Shown here: piece after piece, positions 30,139-40,274 of the stretch
How positions within the stretch are numbered: position 1 is the first letter of the stretch
Layout of the letters: every line of letters starts with the position of its first letter
Source of the DNA: Ignavibacteriota bacterium
GTDB taxonomy: Bacteria; Bacteroidota; Ignavibacteria; Palsa-1295
Length of the DNA stretch: 64,000 nucleotides
Assembly: GCA_963787835.1 (NCBI GenBank)
Contig: CAWBEI010000003.1
Coordinates: forward strand, 320,001 to 384,000
Direction: 5' to 3'
Made by a program: the position numbers and the translations under genes
The notes under the pieces: model-generated
The model's input: only the letters and a program-made list of their open reading frames with translations
Databases searched by the model: none
What the model was told of the DNA's origin: nothing

Positions 30139-30573
30139 CTAATCCTCAATATTCTTCGAGCGCATTCGCTTTTTCTCGCCGGCTAATTTCTTCGAATGCA
30201 ACCGTGTCTCTTTCGCAGTTCGGGAAGGTTTTGTTTTCTTTCGGGATTTGGGCCGCTCCATGGCTCCTGCAATGAGCGATGCCAGCTTCTCTAATGCTGC
30301 CTCTTTATTCCGAAGCTGACTTCGGTACGATTGGGAATTTACATGCAGTTTACCAGACGAATCCAGGCGCGTAGCAAGCTTCGGGAGCAACCAGGCTCTG
30401 TCTTGCTCCGCAATAGATGGCGAATGCTCAAGATCGAATGAAAGCTCGGCCTGCGTGGAAGTCTTGTTCACATGCTGACCGCCGGGACCGCTCGACCGCG
30501 TGAAGGCGATCTCGATCTCCTCCAACGGAATGCTAAGTCTGCTATTGATGCGAAGGGAGTGTTCTTCTGTCAT
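30139..30573 (-). CDS. arfB: Alternative ribosome rescue peptidyl-tRNA hydrolase ArfB
   Basis: RSSGPGGQHVNK GGQ motif, RSQLRNK, basic tail RKKTKPSR...RL..KK. Confidence 0.95.
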   Translation of the reverse strand: MTEEHSLRINSRLSIPLEEIEIAFTRSSGPGGQHVNKTSTQAELSFDLEHSPSIAEQDRAWLLPKLATRLDSSGKLHVNSQSYRSQLRNKEAALEKLASLIAGAMERPKSRKKTKPSRTAKETRLHSKKLAGEKKRMRSKNIED

Positions 30574-30929
30574 TACCCTGCTTTCGGAAAAAATACGCGA
30601 ACGTACGCCGCGAAAATCAGGAATATAATAATAACATGCACCCCAATTCGTAAAAGTGCTCCTCCGCCCGCATCCAGTTTGGAGATCATTTTAAGAGTGC
30701 CACGAATAACCGGCTCGATAATGCGAAGCGCAAACGCAAAAACGCCGATCACGCCAACCATGAGTAACAGCGCTTTGATGTACGGCGAAAGCGTGAGGTG
30801 CGTCAGGGTGTCCGTCATTATTCCTTCGGCAAGGCCAAGCAAAAGGCCCGTTTCCAGCAGCACTAAGGCGCGCCGCGTTGGGACGGCTTTATTCGCCGCC
30901 TTTGCAATTGGGCTTTTTTTCGCAGGCAT
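30573..30929 (-). CDS. Small membrane protein (about 3 TM helices)
   Basis: ATG at 30929; hydrophobic segments; stop codon overlaps the arfB start. Confidence 0.7.
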   Translation of the reverse strand: MPAKKSPIAKAANKAVPTRRALVLLETGLLLGLAEGIMTDTLTHLTLSPYIKALLLMVGVIGVFAFALRIIEPVIRGTLKMISKLDAGGGALLRIGVHVIIIFLIFAAYVRVFFPKAG

Positions 30930-30952
30930 GAAAAACTGGGGTAATAAAAAAA

Positions 30953-31052
30953 GGGACCAAGCTGGCCACGTCACCCGCGGACTTCGCTGAGAGCTGCTTC
31001 CTTCCGGACCTGACTCGGTTGGGCGTGTCCGCGCCGCGTGGGACTCGGTCCC
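30953..31052 (-). ncRNA. ffs: Signal recognition particle RNA (4.5S)
   Basis: Minus strand GGGACC...TCAGGTCCGGAAGGAAGCAGC...GGTCCC: the conserved domain IV inside a long hairpin, followed by a T tract. Confidence 0.95.
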
Positions 31053-31123
31053 TAAACTTCTATTTTCAACGGTAAATGGAACGCACGTAACGGGATGGCT
31101 TGAGGCGAGGTTCCGGATGATCG

Positions 31124-31642
31124 CTACTTCCTATCGAACCCCAGTGCCACCGAATTCATGCAATAGCGCAGCCCGGTTGGTTGCGGGCCATCGTCGAAGA
31201 CGTGGCCCAAATGGCTGCCACAGCGGGCGCAGAGCACTTCGGTGCGCGCCATGCCGAAGGTGTTGTCGGTCTTTTCAATGACGCGGGTGGAATCGATCGG
31301 CGCCCAGAAACTCGGCCAGCCCGTGCCGGATTCGAATTTCGTATCCGAACTGAACAATGGGTTCCCACATGCCGCGCACACAAAGATCCCATGCCCATGC
31401 TCATTGAGTAATGTTCCGGTGAACGGGCGCTCCGTGCCTGCATTCCGAAGAACGTCGAATGCTGCCGGTGAAAGTGTCGCTTGCCACTCTGCATCGCTCT
31501 TTTGAACTTTATCGCTCGCTTTCGGATAAGTAGAAAGATCGAAATTCGATGGATTCCCATTCGTAGGAACACTACCCGCAGGCTTCTGCGCGCAGGCGGT
31601 TAGCGTGGATAGTAAAAGTAGTGCGTATAAAGTAATTTTCAT
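31124..31642 (-). CDS. msrB: Peptide methionine-R-sulfoxide reductase MsrB, exported (lipobox-like LTAC)
   Basis: GTERPF, CAAC, KFESGTGWPSF, CARCGSHLGHVFDDGP, RYCMNS. Confidence 0.96.
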   Translation of the reverse strand: MKITLYALLLLSTLTACAQKPAGSVPTNGNPSNFDLSTYPKASDKVQKSDAEWQATLSPAAFDVLRNAGTERPFTGTLLNEHGHGIFVCAACGNPLFSSDTKFESGTGWPSFWAPIDSTRVIEKTDNTFGMARTEVLCARCGSHLGHVFDDGPQPTGLRYCMNSVALGFDRK

Positions 31643-31670
31643 AATAAATCTAAAAACAATTTTATTTCTC

Positions 31671-31798
31671 TGTCATTGCGAGGAGAATCGAACGACCAAA
31701 GGGAGTTCGATTCGACGAAGCAATCTCTCCGCTGTAAGATGGAGATTGCTTCGTCAATCATTCTCCGCTTCGCTACGAATGATTGCCTCGCAATGACA
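31671..31798. repeat. GTCATTGCGAG-family palindromic repeat, copy 3
   Basis: TGTCATTGCGAGG...GACGAAGCAATCTC...GAGATTGCTTCGTC...CCTCGCAATGACA. Confidence 0.88.
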
Positions 31799-31813
31799 TT
31801 TGAACAAGATTCA

Positions 31814-32521
31814 TCATTCTTCATTCATCATTTCTTCCCCCGTCCCATCATTCCCCGAAAGAATAACGACGCACTCTCCTTTCACGGATTCCGGAAAGCG
31901 TTGTTCCACTTGGGCGAGCACTTCGGGTATCGTCCCACGCACAAATTCTTCATGAATTTTGGTGATCTCCCGCGCTAACGCGACCCTCCGCAACGGCCCG
32001 CACGCCACGATCAATTCTTCCAACAGCCGCTTTATCCGAAATGGCGATTCATAGATGACGACGCTTCTATCTTCACCGGCAATTCGAGTAATGCGGGCGC
32101 GGCGGCCTTTTTTAAGCGGAAGAAATCCTTCGAAAACAAAGCGGGTCGTATCCATGCCGCTGGCCGAGAGCGCAGCAATGGCGGCACATGCACCGGGAAT
32201 GGGCACAATGTCTATCCCAAACCCGATCGCCTCGCGAACGATCGCCCAAGCCGGATCGGAGATACCCGGCGTACCGGCATCCGTTACAACCGCGACGGAG
32301 GCACCGGCCCGCAGATCCTCGGCAAGCTCCGCAGCGCGGGATTTCTCGTTATGGGAATGATAGCTTACCAGACGGCGCGGACGAATCCCGTGGCGCTCGA
32401 AGAGAATGCGCGCGTGGCGGGTATCCTCACAGGCAACGACGTCCGCTTCCTGCAAAATGCGTATCGCCCGAAGCGAAATGTCTTCGAGATTTCCAATAGG
32501 GGTGGCAACAAGGTAAAGCAT
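31814..32521 (-). CDS. rsmI: 16S rRNA C1402 2'-O-methyltransferase
   Basis: LYLVATPIGNLEDIS, CEDTR, DAGTPGISDP, FEGFLP, YESP, REITKIHEE, KGECV. Confidence 0.96.
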   Translation of the reverse strand: MLYLVATPIGNLEDISLRAIRILQEADVVACEDTRHARILFERHGIRPRRLVSYHSHNEKSRAAELAEDLRAGASVAVVTDAGTPGISDPAWAIVREAIGFGIDIVPIPGACAAIAALSASGMDTTRFVFEGFLPLKKGRRARITRIAGEDRSVVIYESPFRIKRLLEELIVACGPLRRVALAREITKIHEEFVRGTIPEVLAQVEQRFPESVKGECVVILSGNDGTGEEMMNEE

Positions 32522-32646
32522 GTATAGCGCAAATGTAGCGCAAACTTCAGTTTGCGATCTTGCATTAAGACCCCAAATCGCAAACTAAAGTTTGCGCAAC
32601 AATCGCGAACCACCTTTTGCCTTGCTCCTGTTCTCTTTAAGTTATT

Positions 32647-35600
32647 ATGCGCGTTAAAACCCTTCTCGGTTTCCTTTTGGTGTCAGCCTTTTTGTCCGGG
32701 CCGGCGTGGGCGCAGCCGTCCCCAACTATTCTTTGGCAAAAATGCCTCGGTGGAAGCGGAGACGACGTAGCCGAATCCGTCATTCAAACTAAGGATGGAG
32801 GTTTCGCCGTCGCCGGATATACCGACTCCCAGGATAGTGATGTAAGCGGGAATCACGGAGCAGTGGATTTTTGGGTTGTTAAACTGAACTCCATAGGTGA
32901 TCTCGAATGGGCGAAATGTTACGGTGGGTCAGGATCCGATTTTGGCTATTCGATTATCCAAACGTTCGATGGTGGATTTGCCGTTGCGGGTGAAACCTAC
33001 TCTTCTGACGGGCAGGTCACCGGGAATCACGGCGGAGGTGATGCGTGGGTGATTAAGCTCGACGACACCGGAGCGCTTCAGTGGCAAAAATGTCTTGGGG
33101 GATCTTTGGGAGATTGGTTCAGTTCCATCGTGCAAACCGCCGACAGCGGATTTGTTGCAGCAGGAAGTACATATTCCAACGATGGCGATGTTTCGGGAAA
33201 TCATTCTTCGAACAGAGACTGCTGGATAGTAAAGCTTAATAGCAAAGGATTTTTTCAATGGCAAAAATGCCTCGGAAGCGATGGAGGTGATTTTGCTACT
33301 TCAATCATCAATACTACCGATGGCGGGTTTGCATTTACTGGCACGGTCAGTGAGAACGATGGAGATGTAAGCGGATTTCATGGATCAACATGGTGGGACG
33401 TTTGGGTCGTTAAACTCGATGATTCTGGGAAAATAGAGTGGCAACAGTGTCTCGGCGGGACTATGGCTGAAACCGGGTGGTCTATTATTCAAACCAAAGA
33501 CGGAGGTTTTGCAGTTGGATGCCAGACTACTTCGAATGATGATGAAGTATCTGGGAATCATGGCAAGAACGATTTTTGGGTTGTGAAGCTCGATGATGTG
33601 GGCGATATTCAATGGCAGAAATGTCTTGGCGGCTCTTTCGATGATGTCCCTAACTCAATCATCCAAACTACCGACGGAGGATTTGCGCTTGCCGGTCAAA
33701 CCCAATCGAATGATGATGATGTGTCGGGAAATTACGGAACCGCGAACGAGTGGGTGGTAAAAATCAATGACACCGGTGCCATTCAATGGCAAAAGTGTCT
33801 CGGTGGGACTGCTTCGGATATGGCGAACTCCATCATCCAAATTGCAGATGGCAATTATGTAGTGGCCGGCTATGTAAGTTCCGACGATGGCGATGTTTCT
33901 GGTCATATCAATGGCGAAGATATGTGGGTCGTAGAACTCGCTCCGCCGAATGCGCCAGTAATTAGTTACATCACCCCCGATGCCGGCGCGCCGGGCATGT
34001 GTGTGGCTGTGGAGATTATTGGCCCGGATAGCAACCAAAGTAATTTCGGCAATGGCGCTGACCAGATCTATCTCAATACCGATACGCTTGTCACGCTGGC
34101 GCGCCCGAGCGACAGCGCGCTTGTTCGGCTTGGCCCAGGGTACACAAGCTGGAATTCCCGAATGATCCAGCAAATGTTCATGATCGAGCCGTACTCCGGG
34201 ACGATCGACACGGAGATTTATTTTCAGGTTACCTCGAACGGAGAGACCAGCGCGATCGATAGCTTCCGTATTGTATCTCCGGCGCCGGCCATTATTCAAA
34301 ATGGCGGCGGTGTGCTTCAGACCAATGGCCGCACCGTGCGCAATACCTTGGTCGTCGATTCCCTTATTCTGTCGAATGGAACTTTTACTTGCCCAGTAAC
34401 CGATCCTGATCCTAAGACCCCTGGAAACCAGGGATATTTGCCGCTAAGAATTCTGTCAATGGGCCCCATTCGCCTTACCAATGCTACGCTTAGTGCCGAT
34501 GGATCCTCTGGCACTACTAACACAAGCGGTGGTAATGGCGGACCCGGCGGCGGCGGCGGCGGTAGCGGCTATCCCGGCTCTGGTGGCGCTGGCTTTACCG
34601 GCGGCGGCGGCGATAACGATAATGCGAACGGACCCGGCGGCGCAGGCAGCGGTTCCATGACTGGCAGCAGCAATTGGCACGGCGGCGGGAGCATTAATGG
34701 CGCGTTCGGCGGCCTCGGCGAGCAGCATACGTCTGGCGGTGGCGACGATGGCGGCGGCGGCGGCACCGGACATCCCTTCGGCACAAGCGGGCAGAATGGC
34801 AACGCAAGCTCCAGCCCTGCGGGAGGTTACGGCGCAGGATCAGCAGGTGGAAGTACTTCGAATTATCTGACCAATTATGGCGGCGGCGGTGGCGCTAATG
34901 AAGGACCCGGAGCTCCCGGACAAGGCACCGGAGACAATGCCGGACAGGTGGTTGGAAACCCAATGCTCATACCGCTCTTTGGTGGCTCCGGCGGCGGCGC
35001 TGGCAACCAAACGTACGTCAGCTTTCTCACTAAATCGAGTGGTGGATGCGGCGGCGGCGGCGGCGGCGCGATCGAGTTGACCTGTTTCAAAAATCTGGAC
35101 ATCCTGAGCAGCAATATCACGGCCCGCGGTGGAAATGGATCGAACGCGGTTGTAGTGGAATCGGCCGCAGGTGGAGGAGGGGGTTCCGGCGGAGCGATCT
35201 CGATTGACGCTCGGGACTCGATCGTAATCGATACCAGTTCCTCCTTTATTGTAACTCCAGGCCAGTCCGGAACGAGCTCCGATACCTATTCCGATGGAGG
35301 ACATGGCGGGTTGGGTCGTGTCCGCATCAATGGCTTCGTCTCAAAAGCGGCTACAGATTCTACCTATCATTTCTTTCTCTCACAAAATGGGTTTGCAGGG
35401 CCATCCATTCAGCGTATCTCCTTTACAAAGGATTCGTTCTACGTTCACGCCCATGCGGCGTATTGGGACAGCGTTCCCAAGAACCCGATCTCTGTTGTGG
35501 TGTTTTGGTATTGGCCAAGCGTGGGATTTTGGCAATCGGGAAATGCAAATTTCACCTTCGATCCTGCCAGCCATACAGGTGGATGGTTATTGGGTGATAC

Positions 35601-38346
35601 ACTCCCCTCCGACCTGAGAGACTCTGAATTGTATGCCGTCGTGGTTCTGAACCCCACAAACCCGGTCACTGGAACCTTCACTGATATTCCTGTGGGAGTC
35701 ATGTCCCACACAAGCGGCATCATTGCTAAAGTGACAGGACCCCCACAAGTGCTCGTCGTACAAACGGCGATCGACTTTGGGAAGGTCGTGACCAATAGGT
35801 GTTCAGCCGATACCACCATCGAAGTGTACTCGGTCGGAAAATCGGCGCTTGGGATTGATTCCGCAAAGATCATCGGTCCTCAGGCTTCTCAGTTCAAATT
35901 AATGACGGCATTACCCGTCTCGATATCGCCTGGAGATTCCCAGGCCGTAACGGTTCGCTTCTGCCCGGATTCCGTCAAGTGTCCGATGAATGCCACACTT
36001 CGTGTATTCACCGAAGCGGGAGCGCAAAATATTTCACTCACCGGCTGTGGCGTTCAGCCGGAGATGATCATCAAGCCGATATCACTCTTCTTTGGTCGTG
36101 TGCATATCGGCGAGTGTAAAGATTCGTTCGTGACAGTTTCGAATCCCGGCAACGATACGCTTACCATATCATCCGAAAGTATCGTCGATCCCAGGTTCAA
36201 AGTGCTCGATCCGCTTCCGATCATCGTGCCTCCTGGCGATAGCACCCATTTGAATTTGCAATTCTGCCCCACCGACACGATCATCAGAATCGCTGGGGAT
36301 TCTATTATTGGAGATGCGCCGCAAAGCCCGTATTTCCTCATGCTTACCGGTGAAGGAAAGATCGGAATTTTATCCTTGCCTAAGATCATAGACTTTGGCG
36401 ACGTTCGCGAGGGAACCTGCAAAGATTCCATCATTTATGCGGTCAATGTGGGCAATGATTCCATGATCGTCCAGAGCGACCCGATCACAGCGTCGGGATT
36501 TACCGCGATCTCACCAATATTACCACAAGTGTTACAGCCGAACGATTCGTTATCATTCGACATCCGTTTTTGCTCGACCGATACCGGAAGCTTCCAGGCC
36601 ACTATGACGGTGGGAACGGATATACCAAGCACGGATACGGTCATCTTGCTTGCGCATACGGGACTTGGTATCCTCCAGATCCCGGATACTATTGATTTTG
36701 GTTCCGTGGCCATTGGAGGCTGTCTCGATTCTGCTGTTCAAGTGAAGAATGTAGGAACCGATACACTCGTGCTCGCCGCAGATTCTGAGTTTAAAGCACC
36801 GTTCTCCTATCAGGGTCCCTCCCCGTTTACGCTCGCCCCCGGCGAGGCATCGACCGTTACGCTTCGCTTCTGCCCGACAGACTCTTCCGAGGCGATCGAA
36901 ACGACGCACTTCGATACTATCGGTTCCGGCACAAGCAAGAACTTTACCATGATTGGCAATGGGATCAAGGGTGCGCTTTCCACATCCGGTGCGATCGATG
37001 TTGGCTGTGTCGTACTGGGTTCATCGGTCACGCGGACTGATACGATACGAAATACTGGCACCGTCCCAATTCAGGGCCTCACCGCAACGATAACTCCGGT
37101 GGGTGCGGCAACCATCGTACACAATCCGGTGAGTTCCCTCGCTCCGGGTGCGGTGGATTCCGTCGTAGTTGTGATTCCCACGTCAATGCTTGGACCGCTC
37201 ACTGCCACGCTCACCCTTTCCTGGATGAATGGAATTCCCGTCACCGTTCCAATCACTGCAGAAGTATCCGTACCTCCGGCGATTATGTCGCTCGACACCT
37301 CCGTCGCTTTCGATTCCACCAAGGTGGGCGATACCAGTGTTACCAAGTGTATTCAGATCACGAACTACTCGTGCATCCCGATTCCGCTCGATCATTTCGT
37401 AGTTACAGGCGCTTCTTCAAACGAATTTGAAATTATATCGAACAACAACTCCTCCACCATTGCTGATAGCCTGATCGCAACAGTCTGCGTTCAGTTCAAA
37501 CCAGTTCGTGGTGGCATGGCTTCTGGAACACTTGTCGCCGTCAGCGGCGCCGATACTATTTCTCTCTCCACGCTATCTGGGTTCGGCATTGGGCAGATCG
37601 TCGGAGTTGAACTTGCGATCGATACCATCGCGGGAAGGCCCGGTGACATCGTCAATGTTCCTGTTCGAACACTGAATGATGTGACGGCCGCAAGTATCGA
37701 CACGGTGATCTTCCGTGTCTCATTCAATCCGATGCAGCTCGATCTGAAAGCTCCCATCGCAGCAACAACATCGAGTATTCAATCCTCCACTGCTCCGACG
37801 TACACCACAAAAATCTATTCGATCGGCGATAAGGAGATCACGGGGATGTTCACAAGTCCTCTTACAGGCACACCAATCATCGCGGAACTTCCATTCGAGA
37901 TATTACAGCCAACGGCCAATACTGCTGGGGTTCACCTGGTCAGCGCTTCGTTCGGTTCTTCACTGGCAACATTGGCCTCCTCTTCCGATGGTGTCATTCA
38001 GATCGAACAATGCGATACCAACGATCGCGTGGCACTTGCGCCCTCACCGATCGATGTGGAGCAGAATAATCCGAATCCGTTCGGCCCTCGATCGACGGTT
38101 ACGGTAAATGTGAACACGGCTGGGCATCTCAAGCTCGAAATCTATAATGCGCTTGGGGTCCGAGTGGTCGTTCCATTCGATGGTAATGTTGACATAGGAA
38201 CCCAAACAATCGTGCTTGATGCCAGCGCTCTGCCCAGCGGTGCCTATCGCTACATCACTACCTGGACTTCCACAGACGCTGCCTCCTCAAGCTTCGAACC
38301 GACGATCGTTCGAGACGAAAAGACCATGATCGTACTCGGTGAGTAA
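32647..38346 (+). CDS. Large T9SS-secreted modular protein: beta-propeller-like repeats, Gly-rich region, tandem ASPM-SPD-2-Hydin (choice-of-anchor D) Ig domains, cohesin-like domain, C-terminal sorting domain
   Basis: Signal peptide; about 7 repeats of WQKCLGG..D...SIIQT.DGGF..AG...S.DGDVSG.HG..D.WVVKL; GGGGG tracts; repeated IDFG.V....C.D....N.G.D.L; QNNPNPF...IYNALG...LPSGAYRY. Confidence 0.85.
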   Translation: MRVKTLLGFLLVSAFLSGPAWAQPSPTILWQKCLGGSGDDVAESVIQTKDGGFAVAGYTDSQDSDVSGNHGAVDFWVVKLNSIGDLEWAKCYGGSGSDFGYSIIQTFDGGFAVAGETYSSDGQVTGNHGGGDAWVIKLDDTGALQWQKCLGGSLGDWFSSIVQTADSGFVAAGSTYSNDGDVSGNHSSNRDCWIVKLNSKGFFQWQKCLGSDGGDFATSIINTTDGGFAFTGTVSENDGDVSGFHGSTWWDVWVVKLDDSGKIEWQQCLGGTMAETGWSIIQTKDGGFAVGCQTTSNDDEVSGNHGKNDFWVVKLDDVGDIQWQKCLGGSFDDVPNSIIQTTDGGFALAGQTQSNDDDVSGNYGTANEWVVKINDTGAIQWQKCLGGTASDMANSIIQIADGNYVVAGYVSSDDGDVSGHINGEDMWVVELAPPNAPVISYITPDAGAPGMCVAVEIIGPDSNQSNFGNGADQIYLNTDTLVTLARPSDSALVRLGPGYTSWNSRMIQQMFMIEPYSGTIDTEIYFQVTSNGETSAIDSFRIVSPAPAIIQNGGGVLQTNGRTVRNTLVVDSLILSNGTFTCPVTDPDPKTPGNQGYLPLRILSMGPIRLTNATLSADGSSGTTNTSGGNGGPGGGGGGSGYPGSGGAGFTGGGGDNDNANGPGGAGSGSMTGSSNWHGGGSINGAFGGLGEQHTSGGGDDGGGGGTGHPFGTSGQNGNASSSPAGGYGAGSAGGSTSNYLTNYGGGGGANEGPGAPGQGTGDNAGQVVGNPMLIPLFGGSGGGAGNQTYVSFLTKSSGGCGGGGGGAIELTCFKNLDILSSNITARGGNGSNAVVVESAAGGGGGSGGAISIDARDSIVIDTSSSFIVTPGQSGTSSDTYSDGGHGGLGRVRINGFVSKAATDSTYHFFLSQNGFAGPSIQRISFTKDSFYVHAHAAYWDSVPKNPISVVVFWYWPSVGFWQSGNANFTFDPASHTGGWLLGDTLPSDLRDSELYAVVVLNPTNPVTGTFTDIPVGVMSHTSGIIAKVTGPPQVLVVQTAIDFGKVVTNRCSADTTIEVYSVGKSALGIDSAKIIGPQASQFKLMTALPVSISPGDSQAVTVRFCPDSVKCPMNATLRVFTEAGAQNISLTGCGVQPEMIIKPISLFFGRVHIGECKDSFVTVSNPGNDTLTISSESIVDPRFKVLDPLPIIVPPGDSTHLNLQFCPTDTIIRIAGDSIIGDAPQSPYFLMLTGEGKIGILSLPKIIDFGDVREGTCKDSIIYAVNVGNDSMIVQSDPITASGFTAISPILPQVLQPNDSLSFDIRFCSTDTGSFQATMTVGTDIPSTDTVILLAHTGLGILQIPDTIDFGSVAIGGCLDSAVQVKNVGTDTLVLAADSEFKAPFSYQGPSPFTLAPGEASTVTLRFCPTDSSEAIETTHFDTIGSGTSKNFTMIGNGIKGALSTSGAIDVGCVVLGSSVTRTDTIRNTGTVPIQGLTATITPVGAATIVHNPVSSLAPGAVDSVVVVIPTSMLGPLTATLTLSWMNGIPVTVPITAEVSVPPAIMSLDTSVAFDSTKVGDTSVTKCIQITNYSCIPIPLDHFVVTGASSNEFEIISNNNSSTIADSLIATVCVQFKPVRGGMASGTLVAVSGADTISLSTLSGFGIGQIVGVELAIDTIAGRPGDIVNVPVRTLNDVTAASIDTVIFRVSFNPMQLDLKAPIAATTSSIQSSTAPTYTTKIYSIGDKEITGMFTSPLTGTPIIAELPFEILQPTANTAGVHLVSASFGSSLATLASSSDGVIQIEQCDTNDRVALAPSPIDVEQNNPNPFGPRSTVTVNVNTAGHLKLEIYNALGVRVVVPFDGNVDIGTQTIVLDASALPSGAYRYITTWTSTDAASSSFEPTIVRDEKTMIVLGE

Positions 38347-38388
38347 GGCTAACTTCTCTTTCACAATTCGTAATTCTTAATTGACCTC

Positions 38389-38796
38389 ATGGTTTACGTC
38401 ACGCGCAAAGCACATTTTTCCGCGGCCCATCGCCTGTTCAATCCGGAATTTACAGATGAGCAGAATGAGGCCATCTTCGATAAGTGTAACAATCCTCATG
38501 GCCACGGACATAATTATACCATTGAAGTGACCGTCGCCGGTGATCCTGATCCGAACACGGGTTACGTGATCGATCTGAAAAAACTTAGTGAATTGATCGA
38601 AGAGGTCATTCTAACGAAAGTCGATCATAAGCACCTCAACTTCGACGTGCCGGAACTGGAAGAGATCATTCCCACCGCAGAGAATATTGCTCTCGTTTTT
38701 TGGTCTATCCTTAACCCCCGTATCACCGAAGGAGCACTTTACAAGATCCGCGTTGCAGAGAGCGATAATAACTTTGTCGAGTATTTGGGCAAATAA
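38389..38796 (+). CDS. queD: 6-carboxytetrahydropterin / 6-pyruvoyl-tetrahydropterin synthase
   Basis: [32 protein letters not shown]. Confidence 0.9.
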   Translation: MVYVTRKAHFSAAHRLFNPEFTDEQNEAIFDKCNNPHGHGHNYTIEVTVAGDPDPNTGYVIDLKKLSELIEEVILTKVDHKHLNFDVPELEEIIPTAENIALVFWSILNPRITEGALYKIRVAESDNNFVEYLGK

Positions 38797-38822
38797 GATT
38801 TTATAAGACACATTTTAGAATA

Positions 38823-39503
38823 ATGACTCCCGTAACGACCCTTCCTGAACGCACCATCGATCTGCAAGATGTTCCCACGGCCGAACGGGAGGAACTTCTT
38901 TCTTCTCCTTGCACGCTGGGCCCGGCCGAGAACGAGCCGGATTCCAACCCCGAACTTCGAAAGGCCACGCGAACTATCCTGCAAGAGATCGGCGAAAATC
39001 CGGATCGCGCCGGTTTGTGGCGCACCCCGCACCGCGTCGCACGATCATGGGAATTTTTGACAAGCGGCTATACCGCTAACATCGAAAAGATATTGAACGG
39101 GGCCATCTTCGAAGAGCAGTACGATGAAATGGTGGTCGTAAAAGACATTGACTTTTTCTCGATGTGCGAGCACCATTTGCTGCCATTCTTTGGCCGCGCG
39201 CATATTGCGTATATCCCGAACGGAAAGATCGTTGGGTTATCGAAACTGCCGCGCATCGTCGAAGTATTTGCTCGGCGCTTACAGGTGCAGGAACGCATGA
39301 CGCGAGAGATCGCGAACACGATCGTCCACCATCTCGACCCGATCGGCGTAGCCGTCGTCTGTGAGGCACGGCACATGTGCATGATGATGCGTGGCGTCGA
39401 AAAACAAAATTCCGTCACAACGACAAGCGCCATGCTCGGCGCATTCAAGCAGCCCCAGACCCGTGCGGAATTTATGACGCTTATCGGAAGTAAATTGCTC
39501 TAG
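38823..39503 (+). CDS. folE: GTP cyclohydrolase I
   Basis: [40 protein letters not shown]. Confidence 0.97.
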   Translation: MTPVTTLPERTIDLQDVPTAEREELLSSPCTLGPAENEPDSNPELRKATRTILQEIGENPDRAGLWRTPHRVARSWEFLTSGYTANIEKILNGAIFEEQYDEMVVVKDIDFFSMCEHHLLPFFGRAHIAYIPNGKIVGLSKLPRIVEVFARRLQVQERMTREIANTIVHHLDPIGVAVVCEARHMCMMMRGVEKQNSVTTTSAMLGAFKQPQTRAEFMTLIGSKLL

Positions 39504-39573
39504 GGATCGCGTTCCGTTATCTATTCATAGTGTGCGGAATTCAACAACGACACAAGATGGTTAATATTTTGCT

Positions 39574-40230
39574 ATGATCGTCACTACGGATGCAATTATT
39601 CTTCGTGGCCGTAAACAAGGCGACACCTCGAAGCTTGCCACACTCTACACGCGAGATTTTGGTAAGATCGATGTGATCGCCAAAGGCGCTCGCGAGCAAA
39701 AAAGCAAGTTCGGCGGAGCACTGGAGATGTTTTCCTATTCACGCGTAGTGCTCTATAAGAACAACAAGCCGGATACGCTCAGTTTGCTTTCTAAAGCCGA
39801 GACGATCGAGCCCAATCACGGCATTCTTCGCAGCCTGGAACGGATCGAAACGGCAACGAGCATCGTCGAGCTGGTCTTACGAGCAATGCACGATGAAGAA
39901 GCGAACAGCGATCTGTTCGATTTGCTTTCCACGACGCTACAGGCGATCGCACAATGGGAGAATGAATCGGCGCGCGCAGTCCAGTTTCGGTTTTATCTTC
40001 AATTCGCGCGGCAGATGGGGTTTGAAGTCGATCTCGGACCCGGCCAAAAATTATCGAATCGTTCCCTTGGGCTGCTCCGCTCGATCGAGGAAAGCACCGC
40101 AGAAGCCGCCGGGATCTCCGAAGCAGATTACAAGCAACTATCCTATTTTTTTCAGAGTTATTTTGCCGACCATCTCCCCGGAGTCAGCGTGCGATCGATG
40201 AAGAGTGCGAAGGTCTTTGACCAATTGTAA
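39574..40230 (+). CDS. recO: DNA repair protein RecO (no zinc-finger cysteines)
   Basis: TDAIILR...GDTSKLATLYTRDFGKIDVIAKGAR..KSKFGGALE OB-fold signature. Confidence 0.9.
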   Translation: MIVTTDAIILRGRKQGDTSKLATLYTRDFGKIDVIAKGAREQKSKFGGALEMFSYSRVVLYKNNKPDTLSLLSKAETIEPNHGILRSLERIETATSIVELVLRAMHDEEANSDLFDLLSTTLQAIAQWENESARAVQFRFYLQFARQMGFEVDLGPGQKLSNRSLGLLRSIEESTAEAAGISEADYKQLSYFFQSYFADHLPGVSVRSMKSAKVFDQL

Positions 40231-40274
40231 TCAGGATATGAGAGTTCATTTCCTACTTTGTTCCTACCGAGAAT

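Noticed and set aside
32730-33940. Periodic ~180 bp DNA repeats (TGGCAAAAATGCCTCGG...) as a CRISPR or DGR template/variable pair
   Set aside because: These are in-frame protein repeats with codon-position divergence; no reverse transcriptase or adenine-specific pattern was seen.
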